Shown here piece after piece: positions 1-9,266 of a stretch of 64,000 bases of DNA. Within the stretch, counting starts at the first letter, position 1, and each line of letters begins with the position of its first letter. Made by a program: the position numbers and the translations under genes. Below the pieces are notes generated by a model that saw only the letters and a list, made by a program, of their open reading frames with translations, searched no databases and was not told the origin of the DNA. The stretch comes from Opitutia bacterium (GTDB lineage Bacteria; Verrucomicrobiota; Verrucomicrobiia; Opitutales; Opitutaceae): positions 192,001-256,000 of the forward strand of contig CANJVR010000002.1 in assembly GCA_947478395.1 (NCBI GenBank), in the 5' to 3' direction.

Positions 1-812
1 ACATCGGTGAGTTTTTCGCCGTGATCGTGAATAAACCCGCTCCGAAAAAAACCGCGAAGATCCTCGCCGTCGTTCGGTCCGCGGTAGGAGGCCGAGGGTC
101 CCGCCATCAGACCGCGGGCCGTGTAGAATCCAATGTCCCCGCCGACTTTTACGCCGTCCTTGACTGGAATACGGAGGCCCATTTCACCGAAAGCACCAAG
201 GCTTTTTCGGAAGCCGCCGTTGAACGTGAGGTAAGAGGCGAGGGGTTCATTTAGATTTTGTTGGAATTTAGGCAGCGGTAGGGTTTGCGCCCCGCCGAGC
301 CCGAGCCGCGGCGCGGTGGCGTGGATGTTCTGGCCGGGCGCGTAGCTAATCGTATTCGTGTAAACGGTCGGTTGCCAGGGGCCCGGCTCGTGGTAGGAAA
401 CGACCGCGTTCTGGAGCGACAGCTCCTTCAAACTACCGGTCGCTGAGCTGCCGCTGATATAAAAAGGATATCGGCCCGTACGTAGGGCGCCGGTGGCGAA
501 AGTGCCGGGGGCCAGATCGTAGGTGAGTTTGTCCGTGAGGATGCGAACCGGCCCGCGGGTGAGCGTGACCTGACCGATGGCGACGGCTACGCCGGTTTTT
601 TGGTTGTAGGTGATTTCGTCGGCGGTGAGCAGGGCCGGTCCGTTTTGAAGCCGAGCGTGACCCTTCAGGATGCCTATTCCGGTTCCAAAATCGAATCCCG
701 AGGCGGAGTCGGCGCTATAGTCCACCACGGATTCGGGCGGCGGAGATTCCGCTCCGCGGCTCGTGAACGACGAAAGGGCCGCGATTAAAAAAAAGGAAAT
801 ACGACGACGCAC
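1..812 (-). CDS. lptD: LPS-assembly protein LptD-like, N-terminal part (runs off the window)
   Basis: Not in the ORF track. Manual translation from GTG 812: MRRRISFFLIAALSSFTSRGAES...GILKGHARLQNGPALLTADEITYNQKTGVAVAIGQVTLTRG...; signal peptide plus OstA-like repeats; frame open to the window edge. Confidence 0.7.
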   Translation of the reverse strand, partial: MRRRISFFLIAALSSFTSRGAESPPPESVVDYSADSASGFDFGTGIGILKGHARLQNGPALLTADEITYNQKTGVAVAIGQVTLTRGPVRILTDKLTYDLAPGTFATGALRTGRYPFYISGSSATGSLKELSLQNAVVSYHEPGPWQPTVYTNTISYAPGQNIHATAPRLGLGGAQTLPLPKFQQNLNEPLASYLTFNGGFRKSLGAFGEMGLRIPVKDGVKVGGDIGFYTARGLMAGPSASYRGPNDGEDLRGFFRSGFIHDHGEKLTD

Positions 813-957
813 GCGCGAAGCAAAGGCGCCGGTTTCCCGCCAAGCAAGGGCGGGTTTTTGAATTCAATGGTTCGGAAAATGCTAAGCGGTGAACGGTGAC
901 CGTCCGAGGAAAGTTCCAGACGTTTTGGCTTTCCGCCCGGATCATCGCCGAAACAAG

Positions 958-3747
958 ATGAAATCGCACATGCCAAAAAAATCAGCCCTTCGTCCCGCCG
1001 CCGCGCTGCCAGAAATGCCGCCGCTCGCCGCCGAAGTGAGGGCGCTGGGCACGGCCTTGGGTCGTGTGATCACACGGCTCGAAGGGCCGGCCACCTTCGA
1101 AATGGTCGAGACGCTGCGGAAACTGGCGAAGGCCCGGCGGGGCAACGATCGCACCGCGGCGACGGCGTTGTCCGAGAAAATCGCCGCGCTCCCCGCCGCC
1201 GAGGCCTTCAACCAGGCGATGGCCTTCACGCTTTATTTTGAACTCGTGAATCTGGCTGAGGAAAATTTCCGCATTCTCCTGCTGCGGCGCCGGCGGGCGG
1301 CGTGGCAGCTCGGGGTCGAGGGCGCAAAGCCGATGCGCGAATCGATCGAGGCCGCCGTGCTCGAGCTGAAACAGGACGGCGTCACGCCCGCGGCCATGCA
1401 GGCGTTGGTGGACCGTTTAAACATTGAATTGGTTTTCACCGCGCATCCCACGGAGTCCAAACGCCGAACACTCCTCACGAAACTGCGCCGGCTGGGTGAA
1501 ATTTTACGTCAGCGCGCGCAGCCCGAGACGCTCACCGAGCCCGCGTTGCTTGAGCCCGAGTGCGTCGAACGCGAGATCGCCTCGCTCTGGCTGACCGATC
1601 GTAGCCGCGTCGCGCGGCCGGAGGTGGCCGACGAGGCCCGCACCGGGTTGTGGTATTTCGACACGACGCTTTACGCGGCCCTGCCGAGGTTGCACGCGGA
1701 CATGACGCGGGCGCTGGCGCGACATTATCCGACCGTGAGCGCGCCGAAGCGGTGGCTCGAGTTCGGCTCGTGGATTGGCGGCGACCGCGATGGCAATCCC
1801 GGCGTCACGGCGGCGGTGACCGCCGAGGTGCTGCGGCTGCACCGCCGGCTTGCGATCGAGAAACTACAAGTGAGTACCCGCGATCTGTCCCGCTCGCTCA
1901 CGGTCAGCGACCGCCGCGACCGGGTGGTGCCGGCTCTGCGCAAGGAACTGCGCGAAAATCTGCACGCCACCCAGTATCTCGAGCTCTTGAAAAAACGGTA
2001 CCCACACGAGCCCTACCGTCTCCTTCTCGGAGTATTGCGCGAGCGGTTGGTTCAGGCCGCAGACGATCTGGTCAAAGGCGACGCGCTGGCGGCGACCGCT
2101 CACGAGACGAATGATTTTCGCCGCGCCACGATCAGCGAAACGTTGGAAACGATCCGGGCTAGCCTGCTGGCCGGCCGCGGGGCGATCCTCGCTGACGGCG
2201 AACTGAAAATCCTGAGCGAGCAAGTGGAAGTGTTCGGTCTGCACACGGCCCGGCTGGATATTCGCCAGCATTCGTCGCATCATGAAGCCGCGGTGGCCGA
2301 GGTGCTCGGTCGCGACGATTATACGAAGCTTGATGAGTCGGCCAAGCAGTCGGTCTTGCTTGCGGCGCTGAGCGAGGCGAGCCGGAAGTCCGATGCGGCG
2401 GTTGCAAAATATTCCGCAGCGACGCGCCACGTGCTCGACCCTCTTGTACTCGCCGCGCGGGCGGCGCAGCGCTTCGGCCCTGAGGTACTCGGCATTGCGA
2501 TTATCAGCATGACGGACGGCGTCTCGGATCTCCTCGAGCTCGAGCTGCTGCAGAAGATCGCGGGGGCCGCGCTGCCGGTGGCGCCGTTGTTCGAAACGCT
2601 CGATGATCTCCAGCGCGCGCCGGAGATTCTGGAAACGTATTTCACTTTGCCGGGGCGCGAGCGTCCGGTGCACCAGCATGTGATGCTCGGTTACTCGGAC
2701 AGCAACAAGGACTGTGGTTACCTCACGGCGAACTGGGCGTTGTATGAAGCGCAGGCGGTGATCGCGGACGTGTGTCGAAAGTACGCCGTGCGCGTGACGC
2801 TGTTTCACGGCCGTGGCGGCAGTATCGCGCGTGGTGGCGGACCCGCGGCGAAGGCGATCCTGGCGCAACCGGCTGGCTTGCGCGACGGCGGCATCCGGGT
2901 GACGGAGCAGGGGGAAGTGTTGTCCACGCGGTATCACGATCCCGATCTCGCGCACCGTATCTTGGAACAAATGGCCTACGGCGTGATGCTCGGAACCCAC
3001 GCGGCGGAAAGCGCGGACAACGTGCCGTCGGAGTGGCGCGCCGCGATGGCCGCGATGAGTGCGGCGGGATTTGCGGCTTACAAGGCGGTGGTGCACGACG
3101 ATCCCGACTTCCTGGTTTTTTGGAAGCAGGCGACGCCGATCGATGAGATCAGCAATTTGAAATTTGGTTCACGGCCGACTTTTCGCCGGGCCACGACCAG
3201 CGTCGAAGACCTCCGCGCAATTCCGTGGGTGTTCTCGTGGATGCAAAGCCGGTTTAACTTTCCCGGCTGGTTCGGCCTTGGCAGTGCATTGGATGCCGTG
3301 CTGAAGCGCGGCCGGGCGGGAAAAAAGCTGTTGCGGGCGATGCATGCGGAGTGGCCCTTTTTCCAGACGCTCATCGATAACGCCCAGCTCACGATGCACA
3401 AAGCCGACATGGGGATCGCGGCGCTCTACGCCGAACTCGTGGAAGACCCGCAGATCCGAAAGCGGATCTTCGCCGTGCTCGCCGCCGAGTTTGCGCGGAC
3501 CGAAGCGGCGATTCTGGCGGTGACAGGTCAGCGGCAATTGCTGGCGCGCGAGCCGGTGCTTTTGAATTCAGTGCGGCTGCGCAATCCGTACATCGATCCC
3601 CTGAACTATCTCCAAGTGGAAATGATGCGACGTTTGCGGACCAGTGGCGCAAGCGCGCGGTTGTCCGTCGAGGAAGCCGACGCCGTGCGTGCGGTGATCG
3701 AACTCACGATCAACGGGATTTCCGGCGGATTGAAAAACACGGGATAA
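958..3747 (+). CDS. ppc: Phosphoenolpyruvate carboxylase
   Basis: Motifs VFTAHPTE, SWIGGDRDGNP, MLGYSDSNKD, FHGRGGSIARGG, LRAIPWVFSW and C-terminal KNTG. Start is ATG 958 or 970. Confidence 0.97.
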   Translation: MKSHMPKKSALRPAAALPEMPPLAAEVRALGTALGRVITRLEGPATFEMVETLRKLAKARRGNDRTAATALSEKIAALPAAEAFNQAMAFTLYFELVNLAEENFRILLLRRRRAAWQLGVEGAKPMRESIEAAVLELKQDGVTPAAMQALVDRLNIELVFTAHPTESKRRTLLTKLRRLGEILRQRAQPETLTEPALLEPECVEREIASLWLTDRSRVARPEVADEARTGLWYFDTTLYAALPRLHADMTRALARHYPTVSAPKRWLEFGSWIGGDRDGNPGVTAAVTAEVLRLHRRLAIEKLQVSTRDLSRSLTVSDRRDRVVPALRKELRENLHATQYLELLKKRYPHEPYRLLLGVLRERLVQAADDLVKGDALAATAHETNDFRRATISETLETIRASLLAGRGAILADGELKILSEQVEVFGLHTARLDIRQHSSHHEAAVAEVLGRDDYTKLDESAKQSVLLAALSEASRKSDAAVAKYSAATRHVLDPLVLAARAAQRFGPEVLGIAIISMTDGVSDLLELELLQKIAGAALPVAPLFETLDDLQRAPEILETYFTLPGRERPVHQHVMLGYSDSNKDCGYLTANWALYEAQAVIADVCRKYAVRVTLFHGRGGSIARGGGPAAKAILAQPAGLRDGGIRVTEQGEVLSTRYHDPDLAHRILEQMAYGVMLGTHAAESADNVPSEWRAAMAAMSAAGFAAYKAVVHDDPDFLVFWKQATPIDEISNLKFGSRPTFRRATTSVEDLRAIPWVFSWMQSRFNFPGWFGLGSALDAVLKRGRAGKKLLRAMHAEWPFFQTLIDNAQLTMHKADMGIAALYAELVEDPQIRKRIFAVLAAEFARTEAAILAVTGQRQLLAREPVLLNSVRLRNPYIDPLNYLQVEMMRRLRTSGASARLSVEEADAVRAVIELTINGISGGLKNTG

Positions 3748-3780
3748 CGCGTCGGTGTAGAGGCGCGCCGTAGTCATCAT

Positions 3781-3855
3781 TGTCATTGCGAGGTGCGCGC
3801 AGCGCGCGGTCGCCATCACGCTCCATGGTTTCGAGGCGGTCAGACTAGCAATGGC
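3781..3855. repeat. Degenerate palindromic REP-like element
   Basis: TGTCATTGCGAG ... CTAGCAATGGCA form an imperfect inverted pair; related TGTCGTTGCGAG..CGAAGCAATCC at 49247. Confidence 0.5.
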
Positions 3856-3926
3856 AAGGCGGGCGTAGCCCGGCGCATTCGCGACTAGACGGCGCCGCGT
3901 GTGGTCCCCAGCGTGGGGTTTCTTCC

Positions 3927-6140
3927 GTGATTATTTCGAAGGTCGATCTCGCCGCTTTGTTGTCTGCCACTCATTCCGCGCCGCATGCGGTGCTCGGGAT
4001 GCATCCGCATCTCCGGGGGAAAAGTCAGGGTGTCGTCGTGCGGGCGATGCTCCGCGAGGCGCTGACGTGTGCGGTCGTGGAACTCGGAGCCACGCCGCCG
4101 AAGGTCCACGAGATGAAACGGCTGGCACCGGAGGGCCTGTTCGAGGGCTTCATTGCGAAGCGACCGGGCGTATTTCGCTATCAACTCCGCGCGACCTTCC
4201 CGAATGGCGAGACGCGCCAGTTCTTCGATCCATATTGTTTCCTGCCGACGCTGGGCGAGCAGGACCTCTATCTCTTTAACGAGGGCAACGAGCACCGGAT
4301 CTACGAGAAGCTCGGCGCAAATGCGCGTGAACTCGACGGCGTGAAGGGCGTGGCCTTCGCCGTATGGGCGCCGGCGGCCGCGCGTGTTTCGGTCGTGGGA
4401 AATTTTAATCACTGGGACGGCCGCTATCATCCGATGCGCCCGCTTGGTGCGTCGGGGGTTTGGGAATTGTTCGTTCCAGGATTGGGCGCGGGGGAACTCT
4501 ACAAATTCGAGTTGCGCGATCAGGCGGGCAACGTCCGCGTGAAGACCGATCCGTACGGCACGTATTTCGAGGCGCCGCCGGGCAACGCGGCGATCGTATG
4601 CGAGGTCGGGCATTTTACGTGGAACGATACCGGGTGGATGGAGCGCAGGCGGACGGAGGCGGCGCAACTCGACCGGCCGATTTCGGTTTACGAATTGCAC
4701 CTCGGATCGTGGAAGCGGAAACCCGAGGACAACGACCGGCCGTTGAGCTATCGCGAGCTCGGCCCGCAACTCGCGGACTACGTCACGGAGATGGGCTTCA
4801 CGCATGTGGAAATCATGCCGATTGCGGAGCATCCCTTCGATGGCTCGTGGGGTTATCAAGTGACGGGTTTTTTTGCGCCGACCCACCGGTACGGCTCACC
4901 CGAGGATTTTGCCTGGTTCGTGGACCTGCTACACCAGCGCGGCATCGGGGTGATTCTCGACTGGGTGCCGGCGCATTTCCCGCGAGATACGTTTGCGCTG
5001 GCCGAGTTCGACGGCACGCACCTCTACGAACACGCCGATCCGCGGCAAGGCTCGCACATGGACTGGGGCACGCTGATTTTTAATTATGGGCGCAACGAAG
5101 TGCGCTGCTTTCTCGTCGCGAGCGCGCTCGCCTGGCTCGAGCGTTACCATATCGACGGCCTGCGTGTTGATGCGGTCGCCTCGATGCTGTACCTCGATTA
5201 TTCGCGCCAGGAAGGGCAGTGGATCCCGAACAAATACGGCGGACGGGAGAATTTGGAGGCGATCGATTTCCTCAAGCAGGTGAACGATCTGGTGCACCGC
5301 TATTATCCGGGTGCGCGCATGATTGCCGAGGAGAGTACATCGTTTCCGCGGGTTAGCCGGCCGACGAGCGAGGGCGGGCTGGGCTTCGACTACAAGTGGA
5401 ACATGGGTTGGATGAACGACACGCTGCGCTATTTTGCGAAGGAGTCGGTGCATCGCCGGTGGCATCAGAGCGATCTCACGTTCGGCATGCTTTACCAGTA
5501 CACCGAAAATTTCGCGCTGGTTTTTTCGCACGATGAAGTGGTGCATGGCAAAGCCTCGATGCTGTTCAAGATGGGGGCGTGGCACATTTCCGAGAAAGCG
5601 GCGAACCTGCGCGCACTTTACGCCCACCTGTGGTGTTACCCGGGTAAGAAGCTGCTCTTTATGGGGAGCGAGTTCGCGCAGTCGCACGAGTGGAATCATG
5701 CTGCGAGCCTGGACTGGCACCTCTGCCAGTATCCCGATCACGAGGGCGTACGTCGGCTCGTGCGCGATCTGAACAAGCTCTACGTCACCGAGCCGGTGCT
5801 GAGCTGGAACGATTTCAACCCCCACGGATTCCGCTGGATCACGTGTCACGATGCGGGCGCCAACCTGATTGCCTACCTGCGGCTGGATCCTTTTGAGCGG
5901 ACCTTGTTCGTGGTCGTGGCCCACTTCGGCGGCGCGACGCGTTCGTATCGGATCGGCGTGCCCCGGCGCGGTTTTTGGCGCGAGGTGATTAACTCGAACA
6001 GCGAATACTACGGCGGTACCGGGCTCGGCAACGATGGCGGCCGCGAGGCTGAGGAAGTGGGGAGCGACGGATTCAGCCAGTCGCTCAACGTGACGATCGC
6101 GCCATTTGCGACCACGGTGTTCAAGTGGAGCGCAGAGTAA
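3927..6140 (+). CDS. glgB: 1,4-alpha-glucan branching enzyme
   Basis: FAVWAP, YELHLGSW, SWGYQ, DWVPAHF, GLRVDAVASM, IAEEST, SHDEVVHGK. Confidence 0.98.
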   Translation: MIISKVDLAALLSATHSAPHAVLGMHPHLRGKSQGVVVRAMLREALTCAVVELGATPPKVHEMKRLAPEGLFEGFIAKRPGVFRYQLRATFPNGETRQFFDPYCFLPTLGEQDLYLFNEGNEHRIYEKLGANARELDGVKGVAFAVWAPAAARVSVVGNFNHWDGRYHPMRPLGASGVWELFVPGLGAGELYKFELRDQAGNVRVKTDPYGTYFEAPPGNAAIVCEVGHFTWNDTGWMERRRTEAAQLDRPISVYELHLGSWKRKPEDNDRPLSYRELGPQLADYVTEMGFTHVEIMPIAEHPFDGSWGYQVTGFFAPTHRYGSPEDFAWFVDLLHQRGIGVILDWVPAHFPRDTFALAEFDGTHLYEHADPRQGSHMDWGTLIFNYGRNEVRCFLVASALAWLERYHIDGLRVDAVASMLYLDYSRQEGQWIPNKYGGRENLEAIDFLKQVNDLVHRYYPGARMIAEESTSFPRVSRPTSEGGLGFDYKWNMGWMNDTLRYFAKESVHRRWHQSDLTFGMLYQYTENFALVFSHDEVVHGKASMLFKMGAWHISEKAANLRALYAHLWCYPGKKLLFMGSEFAQSHEWNHAASLDWHLCQYPDHEGVRRLVRDLNKLYVTEPVLSWNDFNPHGFRWITCHDAGANLIAYLRLDPFERTLFVVVAHFGGATRSYRIGVPRRGFWREVINSNSEYYGGTGLGNDGGREAEEVGSDGFSQSLNVTIAPFATTVFKWSAE

Positions 6141-6431
6141 GCGCGATGGAGGACCGTGCGGTGCTTCGGGAGCGCTCGCCGTTCGGCGCGCCCCGCCCGC
6201 TGGAAAATTCGCAGATTCTAGAACTGAAACTTTTCCGGAAAAACTGGGGGTTAAACCTCGCCGAACGGGAGCGAATGATTGGCGAGAAGGAATCCCGTCG
6301 GGCTGAGCAGGCTCGCCAGCTCTCCGGGTTTTGAACGCTCCTGGCCACGCGTGAGTAACGGCTGGCCGTCGTCCGTCCCGCCGAGGAGGACGAAGCCGCG
6401 TCCAAGCGCGATGAGTTCAAGAAATAACGAT

Positions 6432-6455
6432 CGGCCGCCCACCTTTGGGCGGCCG
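6432..6455. terminator. GC-rich hairpin, possible terminator
   Basis: CGGCCGCCCA-CCTT-TGGGCGGCCG perfect 10-bp stem; no clear U tract. Confidence 0.4.
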
Positions 6456-6547
6456 TAATCGCGCGTTGACGTACCCGACTGCGTTCCCTGAAAATTCTCG
6501 GCAACAATCCCTCCGACTTGCCGTCCCAAGACGAACGTCATCCCTGA

Positions 6548-7744
6548 ATGAAACTCCTCCGCCTCGTTATTCTGATCTCCGGTTTGTCCCCTTTGGTTGC
6601 GCTGGCCCAAGACGAAAAACAAGGTCCGCCTCCGGTAGATATTCCCGATTTCTCAAATCTCGACGAATACATCTACGTTCCCCGCTCGATTCTGCATTTC
6701 GGTGCGCGCTTCATCAGCGGGCCCAAGTCGTCTTTTGCCGGTAAAGGGCGTATTTCCACGGGCGACGACATCGGCGCGGCGACCGGTACGAGCACCCAGC
6801 GCTCCTATCACGACGGTCAAGTGAACATCGATACCCGGCGGGTTAACGTCGACAACGGCGACGGCACGAGCTCATCGGAGCCCATTCCCAATGACGGCAA
6901 AACGAACTCCTGGGCCTACTTCGATAGCCGGCAGATAACGTCAGATGGCCTGATCACATTTCATACCTACACGGCGGATATCGTCGATACGGCGGTACGC
7001 GCGAAGTCCATGTCCAGTACCGTCGGGATGGAACTGTTTGCGGTCTACGAGATGGGTAAGCTCGGAAAGTATCTCGATTGGAGCATGGTCTTCGGCTTCA
7101 GCGTCAACGACCTTGGTTCGAAGGTTCGCGACCAAGTGAAGGCGAATCTTACATCGATTAACGATACCTATAACCTTTTCGGCGAAATTCCGCCGACCGC
7201 TCCTTACTCCGGGCCGTCCAGTTCCTCGGTCACCATCGCCAGCTCCGATGGTACGACGATCGCCTCAACGGTGGACACCACCACGTTGCTCGGCAACGCG
7301 CCGTTGAAGCGTGATGCCATCACCACGACGGATTCGACCAGCGTGTCCAATCTTTGGAAGTTAAAGGGCGCGTACTACACATTTCGCGGCGGTCCTTCCA
7401 TTTCACTCCCGTTCTCGAGCCGCTTCCACGCGGTGATCAGTGCCGGCCCGTCGCTCGTTTATGCCGGCTCCAGTTACTCGGTCACTGAGACTTATCAGCC
7501 GACGCTTGGCGCCGAAACGACCATGACGTTGAGCGACGGGACGAGTCGTCTGCTCGCAGGCTACTACGCGGATGCTACGCTCCAATTCGATCTGACGGAG
7601 CGCACAGGATTTTATTTCGGTGCGATTTATCAGGCCAATGGCCGCTACGATCAGACGCTCGTCAACGGCGACGCGAGTTACACCACCCGCGTTGATCTCA
7701 GCGGTTTGAACGGATTTCGCGGTGGTCTCACCTTCCGCTTCTAA
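6548..7744 (+). CDS. Exported protein, probable outer-membrane beta-barrel
   Basis: Signal peptide MKLLRLVILISGLSPLVALA; Ser/Thr/Gly/Tyr-rich; C-terminal GGLTFRF resembles a beta-signal. Confidence 0.75.
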   Translation: MKLLRLVILISGLSPLVALAQDEKQGPPPVDIPDFSNLDEYIYVPRSILHFGARFISGPKSSFAGKGRISTGDDIGAATGTSTQRSYHDGQVNIDTRRVNVDNGDGTSSSEPIPNDGKTNSWAYFDSRQITSDGLITFHTYTADIVDTAVRAKSMSSTVGMELFAVYEMGKLGKYLDWSMVFGFSVNDLGSKVRDQVKANLTSINDTYNLFGEIPPTAPYSGPSSSSVTIASSDGTTIASTVDTTTLLGNAPLKRDAITTTDSTSVSNLWKLKGAYYTFRGGPSISLPFSSRFHAVISAGPSLVYAGSSYSVTETYQPTLGAETTMTLSDGTSRLLAGYYADATLQFDLTERTGFYFGAIYQANGRYDQTLVNGDASYTTRVDLSGLNGFRGGLTFRF

Positions 7745-8006
7745 GCGGGCGATTAGAAAAGCAGGGCGCCTTAGCGCGCGGGTTTGAATCTGCCCGGCGG
7801 TCACCACCTCCACGCCCTGCCGGCCACTCCGCGCGAGCGAGGAATTTCTCCTGGCGTGGCGCTGACGATTTGGATTTAGCGCGATAAGAGGGTAGCGCGC
7901 AGCGACTGGGAGTCTTAAACGGAGTGCGGGTAACGCGCCCGACCTCCCGTGATGGCCCGTGTTTTCAGCTTTCCTCGCGGCGAGCTCGTCGCTTTCGTGC
8001 CGCGCT

Positions 8007-9266
8007 GTGAATGAAAACAAGCCGGCTTGGCCTGTGGCATCCCTGGCGGTGCTGACCGGGCTTAACCTGCTCGACTATCTCGACCGTCAGCTGCTGGCCG
8101 CGGTGCTGCCGCCGCTTCAGGCCGAGTTGCACGTGGGCGATGAACAGGCCGGCAATATCGGGACGGCGTTCATGCTGGGATATTTTCTGACCTCGCCGAT
8201 TTTTGGCTACCTCGGCGATCGCATGCCACGGCGCTGGCTGATCGCCGCCGGTGTTTTTGTCTGGAGTCTGGGCACGTTGCTCTCCGGTCATGCCAACGCC
8301 TATGTCGCGTTGATTTTTTTTCGCACGCTCGTCGGTTTTGGTGAGGCCAGTTTCGGGACCATCAGTCCGGGTTGGATCGCGGATTTGTTTCCGCCCGCCC
8401 GTCGGAACGTGGCGTTGTCCTGGTTTTATCTGGCGATTCCAGTGGGCTCGGCGCTCGGCTACATCATTGGCGGACTGATCGCAAAACACTATGGCTGGCG
8501 CGCGGCGTTCCTGTTCGCTGGTTATCCCGGACTCTTACTCGCGTTTGTTTTGTTTTTGCTGCGCGAACCCGCGCGTGGCGGGACTGAGGTGAAAATTCCC
8601 GCGCAAGTTACGGCCGGAGGGCCCGTGGGTTGGAGGTCGTACGGGGAGCTGCTTAGGTTTCCGAGCTACCTTCTCGTCATCGCAGGCTACGTGGCGCAGA
8701 CATTTGCGATGGGCGGTTTTTCGTTTTGGGCGCCGACCTTTCTGGTTCGTGTGCACCATATGGAACTCGATGCGGCCACGGGTTTCTTCGGGCAAGCCCT
8801 CGTCATCACGGGCCTGATCGCGACGCTCGGCGGTGGCTACCTGGCGAGCGCGTGGCAGCGGCGCACCGGCACGGGCTATGCCTGGGTCCTCGCGCTCAGT
8901 GCGATTCTGTCCATCCCGGCGGCATTCGCCGCGTTCATGTTTCAGGATCTGGTGCTAGCCAAAGGCGCGTTGGCCGCGGCAATGTTTCTGCTTTTCGTCT
9001 GCACCGGACCGTTGAACACCTTGATTCTGGAAACCGTGCCCCTGCGCTTGCGCGCGAGTGCAGTGGCCGCCTCAATTTTCTCGATCCATATGTTCGGCGA
9101 TTTGTGGTCGCCGAAATTCGTCGGCTATCTTTCGGATCGCTGGGGTGACCTGCAACGGGCGTGTCTCTGGGCTCTGCCCGGCGCGCTGATTTTGAGCACG
9201 TTCTTTTGGTGCTGGCTAGTCGTGTGGACGAAGCGGGAAAAGGCGCGAGTAACCGTCTCAGTCTGA
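8007..9266 (+). CDS. MFS transporter (spinster-like)
   Basis: NLLDYLDRQ, GYLGDRMPRR motif A, RTLVGFGEA; about 12 hydrophobic segments; start GTG 8007 inferred. Confidence 0.9.
   Translation: MNENKPAWPVASLAVLTGLNLLDYLDRQLLAAVLPPLQAELHVGDEQAGNIGTAFMLGYFLTSPIFGYLGDRMPRRWLIAAGVFVWSLGTLLSGHANAYVALIFFRTLVGFGEASFGTISPGWIADLFPPARRNVALSWFYLAIPVGSALGYIIGGLIAKHYGWRAAFLFAGYPGLLLAFVLFLLREPARGGTEVKIPAQVTAGGPVGWRSYGELLRFPSYLLVIAGYVAQTFAMGGFSFWAPTFLVRVHHMELDAATGFFGQALVITGLIATLGGGYLASAWQRRTGTGYAWVLALSAILSIPAAFAAFMFQDLVLAKGALAAAMFLLFVCTGPLNTLILETVPLRLRASAVAASIFSIHMFGDLWSPKFVGYLSDRWGDLQRACLWALPGALILSTFFWCWLVVWTKREKARVTVSV

Noticed and set aside
905..920. GAGGAAAGTTCC as the start of RNase P RNA
   Set aside because: Mismatch to GAGGAAAGTCC, no downstream P4 partner, and it runs straight into ppc.
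6146..6427. Plus frame MEDRAV...SGF*TLLATRE*RLAVV...EFKK* as a readthrough or selenoprotein gene
   Set aside because: Needs both TGA and TAA readthrough, has no redox motif or recognisable family, and TGA is an ordinary stop elsewhere in the window.
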